A DNA stretch of 38,615 nucleotides from a virus, in the IMG/VR virus record IMGVR_UViG_3300001989_000001, positions 1 to 38,615 of that record; one strand, given 5' to 3'. A program made the translations under genes and the position numbers. The notes below the pieces were generated by a model. The model saw only the letters and a program-made list of their open reading frames with translations. It was not told the origin of the DNA and did no database searches. The first letter of the stretch is position 1, and each line of letters opens with the position of its first letter. Shown here in pieces: positions 23,730-30,132 of this stretch.

Positions 23730-23744
23730 TTATTTGCGTAATTA
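23730..23744. promoter_or_regulatory. Third copy of the 15-bp operator-like motif
   Basis: TTATTTGCGTAATTA is the exact reverse complement of 9815-9829. It lies 14 nt upstream of the ATG at 23716. Confidence 0.5.
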
Positions 23745-23770
23745 AAACAAAATAAAAAATGTTATAGAAA

Positions 23771-24043
23771 TCACAATGTAGTAGATTTTATATAATTCCT
23801 TAAATGTTGTTCACTGCTTATCTCAGACCACTTATTATTTTTCTTATTCATTATCTTTTTCCCCATAGGATAAAAGTCGAATTTATGCTGACCTATAATT
23901 AACCTGAGATGCCAGCATGTAATTTCAATTATTTCATCTATTAGAAGCTCATTGTAGGCATGGTAAGCCCATGATGTGCCAATAGCCCATCTTTTATATT
24001 TTTCGTTTTTAGGACCGTTTAAGAAATTAATTTGTGATTCCAT
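23771..24043 (-). CDS. Hypothetical protein (first gene of the leftward operon)
   Basis: ORF track, 90 aa. Confidence 0.6.
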   Translation of the reverse strand: MESQINFLNGPKNEKYKRWAIGTSWAYHAYNELLIDEIIEITCWHLRLIIGQHKFDFYPMGKKIMNKKNNKWSEISSEQHLRNYIKSTTL

Positions 24044-24103
24044 GTATTTAATATAAAATGTTAAATCGATGTTTACTGACAGAGAGAGCGGTTCAAGAGA
24101 GGG

Positions 24104-24188
24104 AAGGTCTCAAAGAAGTGTTTGCAAGTAACAAAAAAACTACCCCTACCCCATAAAAAAATTACCTGCAAACCTTCTTTGAGACCTT
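24104..24188 (-). repeat. 85-nt long imperfect hairpin (27-position stem, 30-nt A/C-rich loop)
   Basis: AAGGTCTCAAAGAAG(t)GTTTGCAAGTAA (24104-24131) pairs with TTACCTGCAAACCTTCTTTGAGACCTT (24162-24188). There is one bulge and one position that is G.U only in the minus-strand RNA. The loop contains CTACCCCTACCCC. Confidence 0.8.
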
Positions 24189-24403
24189 ATAATAAATTAT
24201 GACGTCGGTCGGGACTTTCGTTGGTATGGCTGACCCCGGAAAGTGTTGCGTCCTGGCAGGTCATTTAACTCATATACATTGCCGCCCTTTGTTCGGATCG
24301 TTGTACGCACATTTAAGCCGTCCCGGTGAAAGGCACACCAGCCCTATAGGGCGGTGAATTATCTGCATTATGTGAATTTCCTATCTGCTGCATAAAAAGA
24401 AAA

Positions 24404-24438
24404 AACCCGCTTGTATCGTGCGACCGAGAAAGCGGGTT
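24404..24438 (-). terminator. Intrinsic terminator downstream of the tRNA cluster
   Basis: The minus RNA has AACCCGCUU, a 17-nt loop, then AAGCGGGUU followed by UUUUCUUUUUAU. Confidence 0.75.
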
Positions 24439-24598
24439 GTATTTCTTACCATCACTGGCAATATCTTTTATTTCTCGGTCGCGGATCAAAAGTAAAACTT
24501 TATTTCAATTCACCAAATTTTATTTTCCCACAAATAAAAACAGCCCCAGTAAAAGGGCCGTCTGTTGTAAACTGTCTTAATGTATAATCAGCAATGTG

Positions 24599-24663
24599 TG
24601 GAGGCCCCCGGAATCGAACCGGGCCGCACCTAATAAGCCAGTTTGCGTACTGGTTTGGCCCCC
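24599..24663 (-). ncRNA. Truncated tRNA-like element (acceptor stem plus T arm, 65 nt); possible pseudo-tRNA
   Basis: GGGGGCC aa ACCAGUACGCAAACUGGC UUAUUAGGUGCGG CCCGG UUCGAUU CCGGG GGCCUCC A. It has a 7-bp acceptor stem with G3.U70 and a canonical T arm, but only 33 nt between them and no regular anticodon arm. Confidence 0.55.
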
Positions 24664-24727
24664 AGATAAAGGCAATTATTGCAGTATTCGTAAATCTTGA
24701 AAGAAGTAACTGCAATTTGGCCTATAG

Positions 24728-24799
24728 TGTGTAAAATTGGAATCGAACCAATAACCACGGGACTTCAACCCGCCGCTCTACCGTTGGAGCTATTTACAC
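24728..24799 (-). tRNA. tRNA-Phe (anticodon GAA)
   Basis: Hand-folded cloverleaf: GUGUAAA ua GCUC caacggua GAGC g GCGGG uuGAAgu CCCGU gguu AUUGG uucgauu CCAAU UUUACAC a. Length 72 nt, no encoded CCA. Confidence 0.9.
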
Positions 24800-24913
24800 A
24801 TTTCCGCCCTTGACGTTTAGCGGTACACGGGCTAAATCTTTTCAGATCAGGTAGTTTTAACTACGTTTAGGCATACGCCTTTCGCCACATATCCGGGATT
24901 TCGCCGGAACTCG

Positions 24914-24984
24914 CATGGGTTGCAGGAATCGAACCTGCACACTGGGTTTTGGAGGCCCATATACTACCATTATACTAAACCCAA
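24914..24984 (-). tRNA. tRNA-Trp (anticodon CCA), atypical
   Basis: Fold: UUGGGUU ua GUAU aauggua GUAU a UGGGC cuCCAaa ACCCA gugu GCAGG uucgauu CCUGC AACCCAU g. It has a U1.U72 mismatch, a C31.A39 mismatch and a D stem with two G.U pairs. The CUCCAAA loop is typical of Trp. Confidence 0.7.
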
Positions 24985-25120
24985 CCCTAGTATTTTAACA
25001 TAAATACCAGTAAACGCAGATTGTCCTTAAAAACAGTACAAATAAAGTAATTTAATTTGAACAAACAAAATATATTTTTCGTTTCCGCGAATGTTACTAT
25101 CTTAGCTAAAATTATTATTG

Positions 25121-25318
25121 ATGGAACAAAAAGCGATAAGCGTACAGGAATACGCCCAGTTAATTAAGAAAACAGACCGATGGGTACAATTGAAATGCGC
25201 TTCTAAAGAATCTTTACCTGGAATACGTACATACCAAATGATAGGCCGGACGTGGGTTTTATACCCTTCAGGCGCTATGTTAAAGAAAATAGAAAAATAT
25301 TTGGAAAATAACTCCTGA
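25121..25318 (+). CDS. Helix-turn-helix DNA-binding protein (excisionase/AlpA/MerR-like HTH)
   Basis: MEQKAISVQEYAQLIKKTDRWVQLKCASKESLPGIRTYQMIGRTWVL fits the HTH_17-type pattern. It is the first gene of the rightward operon. Confidence 0.6.
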   Translation: MEQKAISVQEYAQLIKKTDRWVQLKCASKESLPGIRTYQMIGRTWVLYPSGAMLKKIEKYLENNS

Positions 25319-25323
25319 AATAT

Positions 25324-25354
25324 TTTGTTATTTCGTTTGAACGAATTATCTTTA
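25324..25354 (+). promoter_or_regulatory. Candidate promoter with an embedded palindrome
   Basis: TTTG (25324-25327), a 19-nt spacer, then TATCTTTA (25347-25354; one mismatch to TAnnTTTG). The spacer contains TTCGTT tg AACGAA (25332-25345). Confidence 0.4.
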
Positions 25355-25426
25355 CAGCAGCAAGTCAAGGTTAAGAAAATATTGCTCGATTTGGAATAAT
25401 TAATAAACCTTATAAAACCAAACAAA

Positions 25427-25798
25427 ATGAAATCACTTATCACTATCGCAATCGTTTTAATTTCTCTTACTGCTTCAGCTCAGACAAAAGTACAGCATAT
25501 TAAGCAATCATATCTACATGTTCATGAAATGACCGACACGGTTATAGTTCTGGGATGTGCTGACAAGTTTACTGGAAAGGTAAAAGATGGCCTGTTTAAA
25601 TCAAGGATCTCTCAGCAATCAAATGAGCTGGCAATCGTTTCCGGATATGATCATATGCTTACCTACTATAAAATATATAATGAAGCTGGTAAGCTCATTG
25701 CAGACGGCAAGCTATCAAAAAATGAAGGTGAATATGCTATTATTAAAATGGGTGTTCACTTCCCAAAATCATATTGTTTAATGCTTTCAAGTAATTAA
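25427..25798 (+). CDS. Secreted/periplasmic small protein (Sec signal peptide)
   Basis: The N-terminus MKSLITIAIVLISLTASAQTK has n, h and c regions ending in A-x-A-Q. Confidence 0.65.
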   Translation: MKSLITIAIVLISLTASAQTKVQHIKQSYLHVHEMTDTVIVLGCADKFTGKVKDGLFKSRISQQSNELAIVSGYDHMLTYYKIYNEAGKLIADGKLSKNEGEYAIIKMGVHFPKSYCLMLSSN

Positions 25799-25799
25799 T

Positions 25800-26036
25800 A
25801 TGGATCGTAATTATTCTAAAATACCCGCGTTCCCACATCCGGCATTCGATCATGAAGGTCTAACAAAGCTGGAATATTTTGCAGCACAAGCCTTACAGGG
25901 AATGTGCGCCAATTCAAACCTTGTTTATAAGGATGCTATAGGAGTAAGAATACAGCCATCAATGTTTGAGGCCGCCCTTAGCATGTCTTTGGAAATGATC
26001 AAAAAGTTAGACGAATATGAAAACACAGGAGAATGA
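25800..26036 (+). CDS. Hypothetical protein
   Basis: ORF track, 78 aa. The ATG lies 1 nt after the upstream stop. Confidence 0.6.
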   Translation: MDRNYSKIPAFPHPAFDHEGLTKLEYFAAQALQGMCANSNLVYKDAIGVRIQPSMFEAALSMSLEMIKKLDEYENTGE

Positions 26037-26211
26037 ATTTATAAGCTCATTACAGGCTGTTTTAGGCTTCACAACATACAGAGGATGTATTATACAGCGT
26101 CTGCCGAATGGGGAATATGCCAGGGGAGGAAAGCAATTTAAAAACCTGGAAGCGGCAAAGGAGGATCTGGACAAAAAATTCGATAACTGGGCTAAAGCAA
26201 TACAAAAATGA
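26017..26211 (+). CDS. Hypothetical protein
   Basis: ORF track, 64 aa, ATG start. Confidence 0.55.
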   Translation: MKTQENEFISSLQAVLGFTTYRGCIIQRLPNGEYARGGKQFKNLEAAKEDLDKKFDNWAKAIQK

Positions 26212-26417
26212 TAGACTGGCTTTCTACAGCAAAACATGCATTCAGCCTTTCTGAGCTGGAATTAGATCTAGCAAAAAACATTATTTTCACCTCAGAGAAA
26301 ATAGCAATGGAATATTTGACACGCGCTGCCAGATACCGAAGCATAGTAAATTACTGTATTAAAAGATATGATATTCAAAGAATAGGGTTAAATAGGAAAC
26401 AATCACAGATGAACTGA
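26208..26417 (+). CDS. Hypothetical protein
   Basis: ORF track, 69 aa, ATGA overlap with the upstream stop. Confidence 0.6.
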   Translation: MIDWLSTAKHAFSLSELELDLAKNIIFTSEKIAMEYLTRAARYRSIVNYCIKRYDIQRIGLNRKQSQMN

Positions 26418-26421
26418 ACAA

Positions 26422-26449
26422 TGGCAGCTGTTCACGGCTGCCAATTTTT
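26422..26449 (+). terminator. Intrinsic terminator/attenuator inside the early operon
   Basis: TGGCAGC, an 8-nt loop, then GCTGCCA followed by ATTTTTC. It starts 5 nt after the stop of 26208..26417. Confidence 0.6.
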
Positions 26450-26467
26450 CACATACAACATTAAAAA

Positions 26468-26779
26468 ATGAGAAAATTAATTCCGTACTTGTCAGGCATA
26501 GCCACATTCCTTTTTTTAATATTTGTTATTGATTCTGAAATAGTTGATTTTATAGTTGAATCATTTCCGACATCGGCAGATGAGTATTTACAAATTATAT
26601 ATATCATTACGTGGATTGCCATTATACTTTTAACCACAGGATTCGCTATAGGCATAAGCTGTTTTGTTGCAGGGATTGTATTAATTTTAATGTGGCGACC
26701 GGAAAATAACAGTACGGATTCTGAAAATACATGGACTAATTACCATAAGGAAATGAAGAAAAAACATAACCAAAATTGA
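26468..26779 (+). CDS. Small integral membrane protein (about 3 TM helices)
   Basis: Hydrophobic stretches LSGIATFLFLIFVI, IIYIITWIAIILLTTGFAI and ISCFVAGIVLILMW. Confidence 0.65.
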   Translation: MRKLIPYLSGIATFLFLIFVIDSEIVDFIVESFPTSADEYLQIIYIITWIAIILLTTGFAIGISCFVAGIVLILMWRPENNSTDSENTWTNYHKEMKKKHNQN

Positions 26780-26963
26780 TCAAAATGAAAAGATTTTTGT
26801 TTAACTTAAAGTTCACTTTATATGTTGTTATTTCGTCCGTATCGATACTTATCCGTAGAGGAAAAAAGAAAAAAAGGACATCTGATAGATAAAGCAATTT
26901 TATATTTTTGGCGTTTAACTTTCACGGCTATCTCAGCATGGGCTATTTTAAAAATTATAGGTA

Positions 26964-27155
26964 ATGTGTAATAAGCCAATTTATGATACGCGTCAGGATG
27001 CAATTAAAAATTGCAGCTTTTCCAGGAAGAAAGGAAGTAAAAAGGTATCCGGACATCTTCATCCATATTATTGTTCTGAATGCGACGGCTATCATAATAC
27101 AACGCAAAAACCAAATTCCTTTAAATCAAAAGGTTTTAATAATAAAAAACGTTAA
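26964..27155 (+). CDS. Small zinc-ribbon-like protein
   Basis: 63 aa with YYCSECDGYH. It ends 1 nt before the RecT start. Confidence 0.5.
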   Translation: MCNKPIYDTRQDAIKNCSFSRKKGSKKVSGHLHPYYCSECDGYHNTTQKPNSFKSKGFNNKKR

Positions 27156-27156
27156 C

Positions 27157-28095
27157 ATGTCACAAGAAATTGCATTGTCAGAAAAATCATTATTTGAGGT
27201 GCTCAGTCCTAAAATGACGGATCTTATTAGAATGATAGGACAAGATCAGTTAAAAAGGGAAGCATCATTTGCTATGCAGGCTATCAATTCCAATTCTTAC
27301 CTTGCAAAAGCGGACCCAAAAACGGTAGCCAAAGCGATATTTAATTTAGCGCTCACCGGCCTTTCATTAAATCCCATATCAAAACTTGCATACCTCACAC
27401 CGCGCGCCGCTAAAGACGGCCGCGTTGAGGCCACTCTTTCCCCTTCTTATCAGGGTCTTGTTAAATTAATTGCAGATACCGGCAGTGTTAAAAACGTATA
27501 TGCATATGTGGTTTATGATGGGGATGAGTTTGAGGAAATATTAGGCACCTCTGTTGAAATAAAGCACTCTCCAAAGAGGAAGAGTAAGGAAATGACCTAC
27601 GTGTATGCCGTTGCAGAACTTCCGGATGGTACCAAGCTGGTCGAAGTTATGTCAAAGAATGAGGTTTATGAGATTAGGAGCCGTAGCGACGCATACAGGG
27701 CCTATGCTTCTGGTAAAACAACTTCATGTGTATGGATAACTGATGAGGGAGAAATGTCCCGTAAAACGGTTATAAAGCGCATTACGAAGTATGTTCCTAA
27801 AACTGATCGCTGGATCAAGGTTAACGAAGCTATTAATATTGATAATTCTGATTTCCCCGCTTCGGTACATCAACAGGATTATATCTATTCTCTTATTGGT
27901 ACTTCATCCTATGATGAGGATACAAAAGGTATCTTGGCTGACAAAGTTAATGGCGGCATAACCTCTGATGAGGCATCTAAAATGATTGATGATCTTCAGG
28001 CCAACCAGTTGAATCCAGTAACGCATGGACGCAACATCAGCGCTACCGATGCTAAAAATGCAGTTAAAGAACAATTAGAAAATGAAAAGCAATGA
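27157..28095 (+). CDS. recT: RecT-family single-strand annealing recombinase
   Basis: The ATG at 27157 (MSQEIALSEK...) lies in the track frame 26983..28095. LSPSYQGLVKLIADTGSVKNVYAYVVYDGDEFEE fits the RecT core pattern. Confidence 0.75.
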   Translation: MSQEIALSEKSLFEVLSPKMTDLIRMIGQDQLKREASFAMQAINSNSYLAKADPKTVAKAIFNLALTGLSLNPISKLAYLTPRAAKDGRVEATLSPSYQGLVKLIADTGSVKNVYAYVVYDGDEFEEILGTSVEIKHSPKRKSKEMTYVYAVAELPDGTKLVEVMSKNEVYEIRSRSDAYRAYASGKTTSCVWITDEGEMSRKTVIKRITKYVPKTDRWIKVNEAINIDNSDFPASVHQQDYIYSLIGTSSYDEDTKGILADKVNGGITSDEASKMIDDLQANQLNPVTHGRNISATDAKNAVKEQLENEKQ

Positions 28096-28355
28096 AACCA
28101 GGAAGTATAGTTGAATGCCAAATCGGTGGCGGATGGATGGATACGGAAACATTTGAAGATAGACCTGGACCTGGATATAAAGAAGTGTGTGTTGTATCCG
28201 GTTTTGATCCAAAAAGTGAAACATATATAACTCTTGAAGAATATAATATATTAGACGAAGATGGAGAGATGCCGTCTTATAATAAACATTTCTTCAGAGA
28301 ACTACTTCCACCTCAGAGTATAGAAATTGAACAATTTTTAACCCAAACCGTATGA
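28092..28355 (+). CDS. Hypothetical protein
   Basis: ORF track, 87 aa, ATGA overlaps on both sides. Confidence 0.6.
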   Translation: MKPGSIVECQIGGGWMDTETFEDRPGPGYKEVCVVSGFDPKSETYITLEEYNILDEDGEMPSYNKHFFRELLPPQSIEIEQFLTQTV

Positions 28356-28729
28356 TAATACCGAATACAGTCAGCGCTGCATGGGCATTCCCTGGCCTTA
28401 TGATCAATGCACAGGAATCAATTAAAACGCTCCTATATGATCAGAACCGGATTATTACTGAAATATGTGATTACTTCCATATTCAAGAAAAGGAATTGAA
28501 ATCAATTAGTAGGAAAAGTGAAACTGTATATGCCAGGCAAATAGCCATATATTTACTCCGGGAACACTGCCGGTTCACTTTCAAAAAAACGGCTGATATA
28601 TTCAATCGGGATCATACCACGGCAATACATTCAGTAAAATTCATTAAGGATATGCTCAAACTCAGCCTGGATTATCGGTATAAAACGGATATAGATAATT
28701 TATTATACAAACTTTCAAAGTATCAATAA
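28352..28729 (+). CDS. DnaA domain IV (C-terminal DNA-binding domain)-only protein
   Basis: SRKSETVYARQIAIYLLREHCRFTFKKTADIFNRDHTTAIHSVKFIKDML matches the DnaA C-terminal HTH signature (R..ARQIAMYL ... DHTTV.H). No AAA+ domain is present. Confidence 0.7.
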   Translation: MIIPNTVSAAWAFPGLMINAQESIKTLLYDQNRIITEICDYFHIQEKELKSISRKSETVYARQIAIYLLREHCRFTFKKTADIFNRDHTTAIHSVKFIKDMLKLSLDYRYKTDIDNLLYKLSKYQ

Positions 28730-29046
28730 TGGAATATCAGGAATTACCGTACACAGAACCCGAATTTTTCGCCACCTGGTCGGAGTGGGTAGAATACAGG
28801 AAGGAAATAAAAAAACCTTATAAGTCACCTAAAAGTGCTCAACGGCAACTTAAATGGTTTGTGAATCACGGTTATAATTTTCGTCAGGCTATAGAGCTGA
28901 TTGAGACCGCAATACGTAATGGATGGCAGGGTATCTGGCCGGAAAAAAATACTTCATATGGATATGCAGGAAATAAACAACAGCCTTTCCCACCTAAACA
29001 AGGGGGAACTAGCATCAACAGAACACAAGGCCTCATTAACTGGTGA
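28729..29046 (+). CDS. Hypothetical protein (replication-module associated)
   Basis: ORF track, 105 aa, TAATG overlap upstream. Confidence 0.6.
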   Translation: MEYQELPYTEPEFFATWSEWVEYRKEIKKPYKSPKSAQRQLKWFVNHGYNFRQAIELIETAIRNGWQGIWPEKNTSYGYAGNKQQPFPPKQGGTSINRTQGLINW

Positions 29047-29062
29047 TCAAAATTCGCTTTAT

Positions 29063-29779
29063 ATGGCCTTAAATGGGCAGAAAATAAAGAATCTTTATGA
29101 TGATCAGAAAATTGAGAATGCGCTTAAATATGCCATGTCTTTATGCGGAATACGGGCAAACAATCTACCATCACCCCAGGAAAAGAAAATATTACTTTCT
29201 TTTTTTAGGCGTCATTATGGTGGCCATACGCCGGCTGAAATATATCTTGCTTTTGATATGGCAATGGCGGGTAAGCTTGACTTGTCAGATAATGAGATAA
29301 ATCCATATGAAAATTTCACCTGTCAATATGTGGCGCGGATAATGTCAGCTTACCGGCATTGGGCCGCCGAAGAAAAAAAACAAATTGAAATGCCGAAAGA
29401 AGAACAAAAACAATTAAGTGAGGGTGAGGTAGACTGGTCGGATCAGTGGCATACTTGCATAGCTCACGCCGCAATAAATGCATTGAATGAATTATTTGTG
29501 CCAACTGCTGTATATGATTGGCTGGAAAAAAGGGGAGAGATAAATCTTTCCCCTTTGCAGAAATGGGAATACATGGATAAGGCTGCACGGAAATATTTAC
29601 AGGATATGCAGCAAGGGATACATAATGATATGCCGACAAATGAATTTAAGAGAGTCATGAACCTGCTTTATAATGGTGGCTGGAAGAAAGATTATTATGT
29701 AGGCATAACCGTTAGGAACATGGCTAAAATATTAATAATAAAAAACTTAGCAATTGAAAAAGCAAAAGATGTCATTTGA
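29063..29779 (+). CDS. Hypothetical protein (replication-module associated; start uncertain)
   Basis: Track frame 28901..29779. The ATG at 29063 avoids an 83-146 nt overlap with the upstream gene. Alternative starts are 28958 and 28964. Confidence 0.55.
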   Translation: MALNGQKIKNLYDDQKIENALKYAMSLCGIRANNLPSPQEKKILLSFFRRHYGGHTPAEIYLAFDMAMAGKLDLSDNEINPYENFTCQYVARIMSAYRHWAAEEKKQIEMPKEEQKQLSEGEVDWSDQWHTCIAHAAINALNELFVPTAVYDWLEKRGEINLSPLQKWEYMDKAARKYLQDMQQGIHNDMPTNEFKRVMNLLYNGGWKKDYYVGITVRNMAKILIIKNLAIEKAKDVI

Positions 29780-30092
29780 ACCTCTAACAACATCGGAGAT
29801 AACGAACAAAGCATTGGCTGAGCTTAAATATAGAGGTTGGTATTGCTGGCGCCAGAATCAAATCAGAGTTCCTGGAAGAGACTTTGTAGGAGAGCGGGGG
29901 CTATCTGATATTATCGGATTCTATAAGTTTGATGGAAGAATGCTCATGTGTGAGGTAAAGAAAATTGGAGATACTTTTAGCGAAAGTCAAAGAGATCTAT
30001 TAACAAAATTAAAAAGGTCAGGAGGGGTTGCATTATGGGCCACAGACGATAAAAAAGGTGGAATTATAATACAGGAATATAACGGTGAATAA
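29769..30092 (+). CDS. VRR-NUC domain nuclease
   Basis: GLSDIIGF...GRMLMCEVKKIGDTFSESQRDLLTKLKRSGGVALWA fits the D...E-x-K core of VRR-NUC/PD-(D/E)xK. The ATG at 29769 is preferred over the TTG at 29754. Confidence 0.7.
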   Translation: MSFEPLTTSEITNKALAELKYRGWYCWRQNQIRVPGRDFVGERGLSDIIGFYKFDGRMLMCEVKKIGDTFSESQRDLLTKLKRSGGVALWATDDKKGGIIIQEYNGE

Positions 30093-30117
30093 AGGCCAGG
30101 GTAAACACCCCGGCCTT
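30092..30117 (-). terminator. Hairpin at the convergence of the lysis and early operons
   Basis: AAGGCCAGGG, a 6-nt loop, then CCCCGGCCTT. The one odd pair is G.U only in the minus RNA. It lies 15 nt after the amidase stop. The U-tract is weak. Confidence 0.5.
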
Positions 30118-30132
30118 ATCACTGTAACCATT

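Noticed and set aside
24599-24663. tRNA-like element as an attP core (3' tRNA fragment used for integration)
   Set aside because: No integrase, excisionase-integrase pair or repressor was found anywhere in the closed genome. The element also contains both acceptor strands rather than only a 3' half.
24189-24663. Phage-encoded tmRNA (G3.U70 acceptor plus T arm)
   Set aside because: The two acceptor strands are only 51 nt apart. There is no room for a tag reading frame or pseudoknots between them, and no second T arm or acceptor 3' strand was found in 24044-24598.
24500-24715. Minus-strand 71-aa ORF in the control region
   Set aside because: It starts with TTG, runs straight through the tRNA-like element and adjacent hairpin, and has an implausible sequence. 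The region is better explained as RNA genes and structure.
24800-24913. Possible third tRNA in the 114-nt spacer between tRNA-Trp and tRNA-Phe
   Set aside because: It contains small hairpins (for example UCCGG-CGAAAUC-CCGGA) but no T-loop consensus and no acceptor pairing. No cloverleaf could be drawn.
24914-24984. Suppressor tRNA / alternative genetic code (stop-codon reassignment, as in some Bacteroidota phages)
   Set aside because: The anticodons read GAA and CCA, which are ordinary sense anticodons. All large genes (terL, portal, capsid, tape measure, fibres) are intact in the standard code.
25102-25443. Minus-strand 113-aa ORF
   Set aside because: It is antisense to the HTH gene and the signal-peptide gene start. 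It is Phe/Ile/Asn-rich, as expected from an AT-rich shadow frame.
26983-27156. N-terminal 58-codon extension of the RecT ORF (track start 26983)
   Set aside because: It overlaps the whole zinc-ribbon ORF 26964..27155 in another frame. The RecT-like sequence begins only after the ATG at 27157, which lies 1 nt after that ORF's stop.
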